NCBI RefSeq assembly: GCF_006345805.1
Contig: NC_043005.1
Span: forward strand, 74,896,001-74,960,000
From: Octopus sinensis
Lineage: Eukaryota
Direction of reading: 5' to 3'
Length of the DNA stretch: 64,000 nt
Shown piece by piece: positions 50,118 through 63,014 of the stretch. Position 1 is the stretch's first letter; each line of letters begins with the position of its first letter. The notes below the pieces were generated by a model. The model was not told the origin of the DNA, did not search any database, and was given only the letters and a program-made list of their open reading frames with translations. The position numbers were made by a program, and so were the translations under genes.

Positions 50118-51509
50118 CTTTCAAATTTTTGCCCAAGTCCAGCAATTTTGAGGGAGGGCTAAGTTGATTACATCGACCCCAGCACTCAAATGGCACTTAT
50201 TTTATCAACCTCGAAAGGATGAAAAGCAAAATTGACCTCAACAGAATTTGAACACACAAGAAATGCTGCTAAGCATTTTGTCTGATGTGCTAACGATTCA
50301 ACCAGCTCACCACCTTTATAATGATAATAATAATAATAATAAAGAAGTGAAATAGAACCAGTGTGTGTGTTTATTATAGGCATAATGACCCTCCTGAGTT
50401 ACAACAAAATCTGTTTCAACTCATGGGTTCACATGAAATATCTTACAAACCAAATACAGAAACAAAACATTTGTATTTATCCAGATAGGATTGCTATTTA
50501 ATTAATTTCATACTGTTGTTCATTCATTTCTTGTTATTCAATCAACACTTAGCTGGGCCAGCACATATTTAAGGTCATTATAAACAGAGTGTAGTAGAAT
50601 TTGAAGTTGTGCAGGAAACTGTTGATAGAATATGAAATTACCCAAATATTTCACCACAGATTCTTTGCTTTGTTGTCTGTTACACACACACACGATATGT
50701 TGGTGAAATTTTTTAAAAAAGCTATATGTGTGTACGTATGTGTGTGTGTGTGTGTGTGTGGTGTATCTCTATGTGTGTGCATCATTGTGTTTGTGTATGT
50801 CCCAGTGACTTAGTAGTTCAGCAAAAGAGACCAACAGAATAAGCATCAGATACTAAAATAAAAAAATGTACTGGGGTCAATTTATTCGACTGATATCCTC
50901 TTATCATAGTGCTCCAGCATGGCCTCAGTCTAATAATTGAAACAAGTAAAAGAATAAAAGAATATATAAAGCAACACAGCACACATGACTTTTGGAAATA
51001 ATTTATTCGCACTCAGAAGTATTGAAGCATTATCTTCATAGGCATAGGTGTGGCTGTGTGGTAAGTAGCTTGCTTATCAACCACATTAGTTTTAGTAGTC
51101 AACACTGGATTAACCATTAAGCAAAATAAGCAGATGCTTAGGGCATCAAGAGAAACAAGAGCACCACAGAAATGGTAAATAGTTTATAGCACAAAAGAAA
51201 TCATTTTGAACTTGGTAAAATAATATATTTGGGGATGTATTACATAAGATTAATTATGAAGATCTGATCAAAGACTTTGCAATTAAAAAAAAAAGAGAAC
51301 TTTTCAAATATAAATAAAGTGGAAGTATACAAAAATAAAATCAGTATTTTCAATCTTATTCTTAGCTTTGCTTTATTTTGAAAAATAGAAATTTTATTTT
51401 ATGGTTTATTATTGTTTATATTTTGAATTACATATATATAGGAGCACTAAAATCTTTTAAATGTTTAAAACCCCTGTAGATCTTAATCTGCCCTAGCGAT
51501 AGTAGTAGT

Positions 51510-51891
51510 GTGGAAGCACTCCGTCGGTTACGACGATGAGGGTTCCGGTTGATCCGATCAATGGAACAGCCTGCTCGTGAAATTAACGTGTAAGTGGCTG
51601 AGCACTCCACAGACACGTGTACCCTTAACGTAGTTCTCGGGGATATTCAGCGTGACACAGAGAGTGACAAGGCTGGCCCTTTGAAATACAGGTACAACAG
51701 AAAAAGGAAGTAAGAGTGAGAGAAAGTTGTGGTGAAAGAGTACAGCAGGGATCACCACTATCCCTGCCGGAGCCTCGTGGAACTTTAGGTGTTTTCGCTC
51801 AATAAACACTCACAACACCCGGTCTGGGAATCGAAACCGCGATCCTACGACCGCGAGTCCGCTGCCCCAACCACTGGGCCATTGCGCCTCC
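51510..51891 (-). mobile_element. SINE family D, full length, with a target-site duplication
   Basis: Reverse complement of 5646-6041, flanked by GATAGTAGTAGT at 51498-51509 and 51892-51903. Confidence 0.85.
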
Positions 51892-52001
51892 GATAGTAGT
51901 AGTAGTAGCAGCAGTAGTAATAGTTGTTGTTTAGCTCCATGTTGGCTTTAATCAAGCAGTTCTATGATAGAATGTATTCCAGACATGACCTTCCAACTTA
52001 C

Positions 52002-52596
52002 TGTTCTTTTGTGTTTTATTCTGTGTACTATGCATGCACTTTTGACCTTCATTGCTGTCTTAATTTGCTACTTTCTGCCTCCTCTTCTACACGTTCTCCC
52101 AACGACTTGTAGTGCACCTGGGCACCAGTGGCGGCTCGTTGTTTAGCCTTAGACTTGTGAGGATTCTTCTCACAAAATTCCCACCAATTTGCAGCCACAA
52201 TGATTATCAATTTTACCATGGCAATTTTAGGGCTTTCTTTTATAATCAACGGCCATATAAACTGACTAAATGCTTTGTAATTATTCAGTGTTTGATAATC
52301 TTCTGCACAGAATTCTACATCAACATTATTTAATCCATATTCAGCACAAATTTCATCAGATGTTTGTTTCTGCTTATCTTGTGTGCCTTAGCCTTTTCCT
52401 TTCTCTCTTCAGGAGATATTTTTTCAGTCTTGTGGTCAGATTGTTGAATAGCTGCTGAGTTGCTATCTTTACTGACTTTGCTGCCGCTATCCATGGCCGC
52501 AGTATTTTCTTTTTCTTTTTTGACCGTTTCTTCTTTTCAGTGGCATCTTTAGATTTCTTCTTTTTTGATTTTATTTCTGTGACAAAGCACACAGTT
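52002..52596 (-). pseudogene. Mi-2: Mi-2/CHD3-4-5 N-terminal fragment including the CHDNT domain, disrupted
   Basis: 52360-52154 reads [69 protein letters not shown], versus remembered CHD4 [69 protein letters not shown]. It is preceded by a Lys-rich segment. Two frameshifts upstream, and in-frame stops from 52051-52049. Confidence 0.88.
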
Positions 52597-52821
52597 CTAT
52601 ACAAGGATTTTTGTATTTTTTAATAAACTAGGGGATGGCTACTGACATTAAGCTTAAGGATTATAAAATGTACAAGTATAAAGAAAGAATTAAAGAAAAA
52701 CAGGACTCATTATATTGAATGTTAACGATAATATCAAGTGGAAATAGGGGGTGTTGAAAGTTCCACAGTGCCTACACACGAGCCACTACTGCTGAGCACT
52801 GTATTCAATAACTCTTTACTC

Positions 52822-53215
52822 TCTTTTACTCTTTTACTTGTTTCAGTCATTTGACTGCGGCCATGCTGGAGCACCGCCTTTAGTCGAGCAAATCAACCCC
52901 GAGACTTATTCTTTGTAAGCCCAGTACTTATTCTATCGGTCTGCTTTTTGCTGAACCGCTAAGTGATGAGGACATAAACACACCAGCATCGGTTGTCAAG
53001 CAATGCTAAGGGGACAAACACAGACACACAAACACACACACATACATACATATATATATACATATACACGACAGGCTTCTTTCAGTTTCCGTCTACCAAA
53101 TCCACTCACAAAGCATTGGTCGGCCCGTGGCTATAGCAGAAGACACTTGCCCAAGATGCCACGCAGTGGGACTGAACCTGGAACCATGTGGTTGGTTAGC
53201 AAGCTACTTACCATA
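52822..53215 (-). mobile_element. SINE family A copy
   Basis: Reverse complement of 7526-7931. Confidence 0.8.
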
Positions 53216-53399
53216 CAAAGCACATTTTTTTTTTTTGAGCTTCAAAACTTTATTTTATCTAATATAGTTTTTAGAAAAGAAAGACAAAGAAAAAAAAAAA
53301 AACACAGAAAAAAAGTAAAAGGGGAGAAAAAAGAGGAGAGAGAGGGAAAAGACATCACTGCAGTACCTAGTGCTTAAATTGGTTGCACACCACAAGGTT

Positions 53400-54030
53400 C
53401 AACGGAACCTACTGAAGCAAACCAGCAGACTTGCAGAATTACCTCGGGCGATGGTGAGGCTAAGGTGCTGGAAAAGCCATATGCGCCCTCACGGGCATCA
53501 CAGGACACCTCGGTGAAGCGAGCTGCAAAAGATATAAAATTTCGATATTCTCTTTCTTTCTCCCCACCCCTTATTTTCTACCTCTTTTCTTTCAAACGAA
53601 GAATTTTGTCTCAAACAGCGAAAAAGGTTATCCCACTTCTTAACTCGTTTTTTGGATGGTAGAACGTAATTTGTCGTCTGCTTCAATAACACCACCTGTT
53701 CTTTGGTGCCTTTAACAAAGTCTATTTTGGGGTAAGTATTTGGGAACAGGTGCACGGTTTCAGAACGCCTTCTTCAAACCTGTCTTGGAAGTCCGACAAC
53801 AGGTCATAGGCATCGCCGTTCTCTTCCAAGCACACACACAAGCTATCTCAGGCCACAATTAGTCAGTGGCACAGCTAGAGTGCATGCCGCCCGGGGCAGC
53901 CTTTGCGTTTGCTCCCAACTCTGGACCCCAACAGCATGTACAGTAGACCCTAAAATGCCACCACGCTGAAAACGTCGCTAGACACGGACTACCTCCACCT
54001 CCTCCTCCATTGCACGCCTCCTAGCTACGC
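53400..54030 (-). mobile_element. Possible CRE-like (RLE-bearing) non-LTR remnant
   Basis: 53485-53423 encodes RIWLFQHLSLTIARGNSASLL, resembling the LFQRLSxAIQRGNAASIL C-terminal motif. The rest is not clearly assignable. Confidence 0.4.
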
Positions 54031-54074
54031 TTCTGTGATTAGTTTCCTTGGTTTGTGTTATTGACATCTCTACA

Positions 54075-54490
54075 GGGCGGCGAGCTGGCAGAATCATTAG
54101 CACGCTGGGCGAAATGCGTAGCTGTATTTCGTCTGCTGTTACGTTCTGAGTTCAAATTCCGCCGAGATCAACTTTGCCTTTCATCCTTTCGGAGTCGATA
54201 AATTAAATACCAGTTACGCACTGGGGTCGAGGTAATCGACTTAATACCTTTGTCTGTCCTTGTTTGTCCTCTCTGTGTTTAGCCCCTTGTGGGTAATAAA
54301 GAAATAGGCATTTCGTCTGCCGTTATGTTCTGAGTTCAAATTCCGCCGAGGTCGACTTTGCCTTTCATCTTTTCGGGGTCGATAAATTAAGTACCAGTTA
54401 CGCACTAGGGGTCGATGTAATCGACTTAATACCTTTGTCTGTCCTTGTTTGTCCCGTCTATGTTTAGCCCCTTGTGGGCAATAAAGAAAT
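54075..54490 (+). mobile_element. SINE family B: one head plus two tandem about 186-bp bodies
   Basis: The body ATTTCGTCTGC...AATAAAGAAAT occurs twice after a single head. Confidence 0.85.
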
Positions 54491-55964
54491 TAGAATCGTT
54501 AACGTGTCGAACAGAATGCTTAGCGGAATTTCTTCCAGCTTTTAACATCTGTCCTTTCGCAGTTGATAAAGCAATGCAATCCATGTAATCTCCTAGTTCC
54601 TACTCCATCCAATTTCAGGTGTTCTGTTACAAAAAGAATTAAGTGCTTTGAATTATCTCCCCTGTTGGGAAACCGCATTTTGTTTACTCCAGTATTATTT
54701 TCATCACCTGTCATCGTTTATATAAGTGTCAGTTCTGATCAACACAATCATGATTTTGAAATTAATTTTCTATTTGAATTTTTAAAAATTGAATCTCAAA
54801 TCTCAGAATGTGTAAAGGTAAGGGACTTGTGTTATATTTATATATCAACTTTCACATTTATATCTTTCCAAATGCTTCGCACACGACACTTGAACGATTA
54901 GGTCAGATTAAAGCATGCTTCTTCAAAGATTAGTTTGAATTTAATCAGTCGAGGATTTATATCTACAAACATTATCAATGCAATTAATTTACACTTCAAC
55001 CCAAAAGTCTAAGCGTTAGTTAGTTATTGGTTTCAGAAGAAATAATGTGATCAGTACACAAAATATAGGAGTTGAAACACAACTGCAGAAAACTTACTTC
55101 CTCCCTCCAAAAACTTATCAATTTTCTTTACCTCTGTGGAGTGTATGTTTGAACATATTTATAAATTTGTGCTCGAGATATCCAGTATTCCCAGAAAATT
55201 TCAATATTAGTATTTATTTTCCACAGTATTTTGTAATTTCGCGTCCTATTCCTTCCTTCTGAGGTAATGATAGCTGTTCCCAAACCCTGTCTATATTTTT
55301 ATGTTTCCAGTATACATTAAAGATTAATAAACTAATTTTTTAAAACTCGGCTTTTTAAAATTAAACGATCAAACTGCATTTCTGTTCATGCTTAACATAA
55401 TTTGTCTTTAATACAGAAATCTTTAAAAGAACTTAAAAGATCAATGATCTGTTTCGGATAGTCCATGCCAGTCATGTAGTTATTACAGTTGCTAAAATAT
55501 ATCCGATCAACTCGGATCCCCTATTTTATCACATAATAATTTTCTGTGACCCATTTCATAAGTCAATTTTTCCCCTCTGATACCAATAGCAACCATCCCA
55601 TATATATACACACACTTACATATGCGAAAATCTACGTGGAAGCCTCTAAATGGTCACTCTAGCTGAAAAAAAAAACAGCAGCTAAATACCCATTAAATAA
55701 GACTCTACTCTCTTAAAAACTGAAGGACACCATGCGTGATGTATTTTGAATAAAAATAGAATAAATTGGAACACCTTTAGTCAGCTCTATCCGAGTTGAT
55801 CCCGGCAATGATAACTGATGGAAACGTCTTCCTATGCTTTGCAGCCATGTGGTCTTGGATTCAGTCTCATTTCGCGGCATCTTGGGTAAGTGTCGTCTAC
55901 TATAACCCCGGGCCACCCTATGCCTTGTGAGTTAATTTCGTTGTCGGAAGCTTATCATATATAT

Positions 55965-56148
55965 CAGTGATTCCCAAGGTGGGGCGTACGCCCCACTGGT
56001 GGGGCCTGAGAAAATTCAGGTGGGGCGCGGGGCATAGACGTGGGCTGTGAAAATATTTGTACATGACGAGTGGTATATGACGAGGTGGGGCGTAAAAACT
56101 TTTGCTATGAAAAAGTGGGGCGCCGGGAAAAAAGGTTGGGAAACACTG
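55965..56148. mobile_element. hAT MITE, 184 bp
   Basis: TIRs CAGTGATTCCCAA / TTGGGAAACACTG. 8-bp flanks ATATATAT at 55957-55964 and 56149-56156. Confidence 0.85.
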
Positions 56149-56163
56149 ATATATATGTAATTG

Positions 56164-56482
56164 GGTACTACTTAAGAACAGTGGTCCCGGTGCGCGCACT
56201 CGCGTACTCGCGCATCCGCTCTAGCCAGTCGTGACTAGTCGATCCGACAACGACTACCTAGCAAAGTAAATAAAACACAAAATAAATAAATTTTTTTTAC
56301 ACCAAGTAAATAATTTTGGTTAAACAAAGTAAATAAAAGACAAAACCACAAAGTAAATAATTTTTTTAAACAAAGCAAATAAAACAAAAATACAAAGTAA
56401 GGATCGACTAGTCATGACTAGCTAGCGCGGATGCGCGAGCACGCGTGTGCGCGCACCGGGACCACTTTTCTTAAGTAGTACC
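56164..56482. mobile_element. Mutator-like MITE, 319 bp
   Basis: About 80-bp CpG-rich TIRs beginning GGTACTACTTAAG. 9-bp TSD ATGTAATTG at 56155-56163 and 56483-56491. Confidence 0.85.
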
Positions 56483-57199
56483 ATGTAATTGTATGTCTGT
56501 ATTATGTATGTATATATTTGAGTTTGTCTTCCACTACTTGACAACAGGTGCTGATTTGTTTACGTACCTGTTTCTTAGTTGTTTGGCAAAACAGTCCGAT
56601 AGAATAAGTACCAGACTTTAAAAAAAAAAATGTGTTGATTTGTTCGACTGAATCCTCCAAGGCGTGCCCCAGCATGGCCAGAGTCCAATGACTGAAACAA
56701 ATACAAGATAGACATTATTGATTAGGAAAGACGGACCAATTTCAGTTCTAATGTAATTTCTACCCGTCAGTGTTGACCCTGGATGTAATTGTAGTTATTA
56801 CTGTTGTTTACCCCAGAGGTGCTTCAGTCCTGACCATTTGTCTTATCCAATGCATCCTTTCCATTTTTAAGACAGTTGTGTGTAAAGGAAGAGTGGTTTG
56901 ATCGTCATTTTCAGTAGGGTGTACTGTCACATAGAGGTCTATCAAATTTACTCAAAAAGGCATTAGATAGCCTGGGGCTACAGTAGAAGACACTTGCCCT
57001 AAGCAGTATGCAGTAGGATCGAACCTGAAACCATGTGATTTCTATATGAATCTTAGTTTAAGTTGTAAGCCTCCAATGTGTATCAATGTTAACACACAAC
57101 ATGCCATCTCAGCTAAATATAAAGTGTTCATACCTATCTACTTCAGATGGTAGCTCTATACCCCCAAGGTGTCAGTCACGCTGGCCAAAGTGCACTCAC

Positions 57200-57810
57200 A
57201 GACTTTCTTATTTCTTTATTGCCCACAAGGTGCTAAACATAGAGGGAACAAACAAGGACAGACAAAGGGATTAAGTCGATTACATCGACCACTAGTGCGT
57301 AACTGGTACTTAATTTATCGACCCCGAAAGGATGAAAGGCAAAGTCGACCTTGGCGGAATTTGAACTCAGAACGTAACGGCAGATGAAATACCTATTTCT
57401 TTATTGCCCACAAGGGGCTAAACATAGAGGGGACAAACAAGGACAGACAAAGGGATTAAGTCGATTACATCAACCCCAGTGCGTAAATGGTACTTAATTT
57501 ATCGACCCCGAAAGGATGAAAGGCAAAGTCGACCTCGGCGGAATTTGAACTGAGAACGTAACGGCAGATGAAATACCTATTTCTTTATTGCCCACAAGAG
57601 GCTAAACATAGAGGGGACAAACAAGGACAGACAAAGGGATTAAGTCAATTACATCAACCCCTAGTGCGTAACTGGTACTTAGTTTATCGACCCCGAAAGG
57701 ATGAAAGGTAAAGTCAACCTCGGCGGAATTTGAACTCAGAACGTAACGGCAGACGAAACACCGCTAAGCATTTCACCAGGCGTGCTAACGATTCTGCCAG
57801 TTCACCGCCG
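57200..57810 (-). mobile_element. SINE family B: one head plus three tandem bodies
   Basis: About 186-bp units start near 57205, 57392 and 57576; the head is at 57760-57810. Confidence 0.85.
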
Positions 57811-58116
57811 TAACAGACTTTCTAAAGATTCTAGTTTTGCTCATGCAAGCTAAATTTCTCTGTGATGTGATTTAATTTGAGTGTAAATATGTAAAAGCCA
57901 ATCACATCCAGAATGCATATGATCCCACCTCATTTATATGTAATTAGGCACAGGCATGGCTGTGTGATTAAGAGGTCTGTTTTTGAACTAGTTTACAATC
58001 CCACAACTTAGTTTGATACAAAGGGACTGATAGAATAAACGATGGCAGGCTTTAAAAATATATTGTAAACTAGAGATCAATGACATTTGAAGTACATAAC
58101 CCACCTCATTTATATG

Positions 58117-58213
<97 letters not shown>

Positions 58214-58453
58214 GTCAATAATAAAAGGGTAAAATTAATTAATTATTAATTATCAATTTTACCAAGTAGTGTTCAGTATGTAAAAAGACCATTTATGGTA
58301 TATTTAAAACATTACGTTATATAATTAGGGTTTAGTAAAATAATTTACTTTACCACACACCGAATTTTTAGAAATAGCAGCCCAAAAATTTTAGCTATTT
58401 CTTCTACTATAAGAAAAGTCTCTGGACAATGTATACTCAAAAATAATTCACGC

Positions 58454-58502
<49 letters not shown>

Positions 58503-58679
58503 ATATATATGTATGTGTATATATATATATATGTATGTGTATATATATGTTATTAGCTAAGCTAAGATACCATGTGCATTACTCAAGATGTAATTATCTT
58601 TGCTTCAGCGACTGTATTCATGAGCATATATAAAGTGGATATGCAGGGTAGATACATTTTGAGATAATGTTTTATATTG

Positions 58680-58828
58680 GGCGTTAGGAAGGGCATCCAG
58701 CCGTAGAAACACTGCCAGATTTGACTGGGCCTGATGAAGCCTTCTGGCTTCACAGACCCCAGTAGAACCGTCCAACCCATGCTAGCATGGAAAACGGACG
58801 CTAAATGATGATGATGATGATGATGATG
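58680..58828 (+). mobile_element. 5'-truncated family C SINE, present in only one duplicate copy
   Basis: Flanked by ATTG (58676-58679 and 58829-58832). The second copy reads TATATTGCCTACAC uninterrupted at about 63171-63184. Confidence 0.85.
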
Positions 58829-60003
58829 ATTGCCTACACTGCTTGACTGTTTACTTATTTCATCAAACCAAAACAACTAAAAGCAGAACAATGCATTTGA
58901 TCTCAAAATGTAAAGTCATGTAACCCGATATAGTAACACATTGGTTATGCTCTGTTGATTGTTTTTTTCAATTCACCATCTCTTAAAATATATCCTGTAT
59001 CTCTTACCTTTTACTTGTTTCTGTCATTGGCCTGTTGCCATGCTGGAGCATCAAATGCAAGGGATAAGTGGAACAAATTGACCCCAGTTTTTTTATGCTT
59101 TTATTCTTTGACTTGTCTCAAAGGTGGCGAGCTGGCAGAAATTTTAGCATGCCGGGCAAAATGCTTAGCAGTATTTCATCTGTCTTTACGTTCTGAGTTC
59201 AAATTCTGCTGAGGTTGACTTTGCTTTTCAAACTTTCGGGGTCGATTATTAAGTACCATTTGTGTACTGGGGTCGATCTTTGTGTTTGACTGGTACCCTC
59301 TCCAAAGATTCTGGGCCTTGTGCCTAAAATAGAAAAGATTCTTTGACTTGTCTCAGTCATTAGACTGTGGCCATGCTGGGGCACCACATTGAAAATGCTT
59401 TAGTTGAATGAATTGACCCCTTTACTTGCTTTTATTTTAATGCCTGGTACTTATTGTATCGGTCTCTTTTACTGAATTGCTAAGTTACAGTGATGTGAAC
59501 ACACCAAAACTGGTTGTCAAGCAGTGGTGAAGAGACAGACACAAAGACACACACACACACACACACATATATGTTGGGCTTCTTTCAGTTTCCATCTACC
59601 AAATCCACTCACAAGGTTTTGGTTGCCCCAAAGCTAAGGTAAGAAGACAATTGCACAGGGTGCCATGCAGCAGGACTGAACCAGAAACTGCGTGGTTTTG
59701 AGGCAAGCTTCTTACCACATAGCCACACCTGTGCCTATAGTACTTGTATTGTTTTTAAAGTCTAGTATTTGTTCTATTAGTTACTTTTGCTGAACTGATG
59801 GCGATATATAAAAAAGAAACAAAAAACTGACAGCAGTTATCAGGCAGTAGAGGAGGACAAACACAAAAATACACACACACACACAGATGTGTGTGTGTGT
59901 ATATGTGTATGTATATATATATATAAGAAATAGAAAACGAAACAATAATAAATTCAATTCAATTTAAATATTTTATACAAACAAATGACATCTCATAAAT
60001 ATA

Positions 60004-60040
<37 letters not shown>

Positions 60041-60155
60041 CAAATAAGAAAATGGAAAAACAAATTTAGTTTGTTCATCAACTTTTGGATATTAGAATGT
60101 TGGATTATTTATTCATTTAACAAAATGAGAACCTAATAGCATATTAATTATATAT

Positions 60156-60188
<33 letters not shown>

Positions 60189-61304
60189 TATGTATATGTA
60201 TGTATATATATATATATATTATATATATATATATATATACAGTTCAAAACGTAAAACATTTTGTCATTTTCCTGAGCGTCAAACTAATACACCTGCTTGT
60301 TGTTCATACACCTGTCTTCGTCTTTTATTTTTCTGTAAATTTCAACTATATAATATATATATATATACACACACATCACCATGTGCATATTTTATATCCT
60401 CATTGATTTTAATATGGACAACGTAAAAAACACCCACTACACTCCGCGGAATGGTTGGCGTTAGGAAGGGCATCCAGCCGTAGATACACTGCCAAATCTG
60501 ACTGGGCCGGATGAAGCCTTCCGGCTTCACAGACCCCAGTTAAACCGTCAACCCATGCTAGCATGGAAAACGGACGCTAAATGATGATGATGATGATGAT
60601 GATGATACAACCTTGCAAGTACATCATCATCATTTAACGTCGCTTTCCGTTTATGCATTTATATATTTTTATATTTTTATATTACATCATGCATATATGA
60701 GTACACTTATTATGCTGTGAAGTATTCCGATGCTTTGAAATATGTTGAGTAAATATGACCTTTGAAATTTGCTCTCTCTTTCTTGGCTTTATATATATAT
60801 ATATATACACACACATACACATATACACACACAGAGGGATGACACTACTGGGTGGACATCCAATAAGCTAAATGTAGACCCCATATGGTCTGACCACTAA
60901 GAAAAATTGTTCTCAAGAAAATTCTGCGCCTATATATATATATATCCCATAAATAATGTGGTGTTTTATACTTTTAATTTTCAAAATTAAGAAAAGCAAA
61001 GCTCTTTTTAAATTTAAAATATACCCTCCTTCATTTTGTACAATGCTCTTCCATCTATATGATAGACTTGCAGGGCTCCTCTTCCAAAATTTTCTCTTGT
61101 CCGTGACGAAATATACTCCTCCAGTACTGTTCTGATCTCGTCTACAGAATTCATATTTTTTCTGTCCAAATGATTTTGAAGACTGTGAAAGGATAATCAG
61201 ATGGGGTGTAACGGGCAGAAGTCTTGCTTCCATTGCATTCAAACTTCACCATTCAACTGTAACAGTGTGTGTGTGTGAATATATACACACAAAGAGATCT
61301 ATAT

Positions 61305-61710
61305 AGGCGCAGGAGTGGCTGTGTGGTAAGTAGCTTGCTAACCAACCACATGGTTCCGGGTCCAGTCCCACTGTGTGGCATCTTGGGCAAGTGTCTTCTG
61401 CTATAGCCCCGGGCCGACCAATGCCTTGTGAGTGGATTTGGTAGACGGAAACTGAAAGAAGCCTGTCGTATATATGTATATATATATGTGTGTGTGTATA
61501 TGTTTGTGTGTCTGTGTTTGTCCCCCTAGCATTGCTTGACAACCGATGCTGGTGTGTTTACGTCCCCGTCCTAGCGGTTCGGCAACAAAACTGATAGAAT
61601 AAGTACTGGGCTTACAAAGAATTAGTCCCGGGGTCAATTTGCTCGACTAAAGGCGGTGCTCCAGTATGGCCGCAGTCAAATGACTGAAACAAGTAAAAGA
61701 GTAAAAGAGA
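61305..61710 (+). mobile_element. SINE family A copy
   Basis: Near-identical to 7526-7931. Confidence 0.85.
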
Positions 61711-62656
61711 GTATATGAACATACATGCATATATGCATAACAGTTTAAATAGTAGCTGCTGTACAAATGCATATATGTATGCGTGCGCATACAATCATAT
61801 ATTTGTTTAACAGTTATGGTCAAAATTATATTTATACAAGCGATTCTAAATTTTTGCATTGTGAATTTGAAACCTTCAGAATCTGGAAAAGCAAGTTAAA
61901 TTCCTATTTCTTTATTGCCCACAAGGGGCTAAACACAGAGGGGACAAACAAGGAAAGACAAAGTGATTAAGTCGATTACATCGACCCCAGTGCGTAACTG
62001 GTACTTAATTTATCGACCCCGAAAGGATGAAAGGCAACGTCGACCTCAGCGGAATTTGAACTGAGAACGTAACGGCAGATGAAATACCTATTTCTTTATT
62101 GCCCACAAGAGGCTAAACATAGAGGGGACAAACAAGGACAGACAAAGGGATTAAGTCAATTACATCAACCCCTAGTGCGTAACTGGTACTTAGTTTATCG
62201 ACCCCGAAAGGATGAAAGGTAAAGTCAACCTCGGCGGAATTTGAACTCAGAACGTAACGGCAGACGAAACACCGCTAAGCATTTCACCAGGCGTGCTAAC
62301 GATTCTGCCAGTTCACCGCCGTAACAGACTTTCTAAAGATTCTAGTTTTGCTCATGCAAGCTAAATTTCTCTGTGATGTGATTTAATTTGAGTGTAAATA
62401 TGTAAAAGCCAATCACATCCAGAATGCATATGATCCACCTCATTTATATGTAATTAGGCACAGGCATGGCTGTGTGATTAAGAGGTCGGTTTTTGAACTA
62501 GTTTACAATCCCACAACTTAGTTTGATACAAAGGGACTGATAGAATAAACGATGGCAGGCTTTAAAAATATATTGTAAACTAGAGATCAATGACATTTGA
62601 AGTACATAACCCACCTCATTTATATGTCTCCCTCTCTCTCTCTCTCTCACTCTCTC

Positions 62657-62712
<56 letters not shown>

Positions 62713-62949
62713 AATAATAAAAGGGTAAAATTAATTAATTATTAATTATCAATTTTACCAAGTAGTGTTCAGTATGTAAAAAGACCATTTATGGTATATT
62801 TAAAACATTACGTTATATAATTAGGGTTTAGTAAAATAATTTACTTTACCACACACCGAATTTTAGAAATAGCAGCCCAAAAATTTTAGCTATTTCTTCT
62901 ACTATAAGAAAAGTCTCCTGGACAATGTATACTCAAAAATAATTCACGC

Positions 62950-63014
<65 letters not shown>

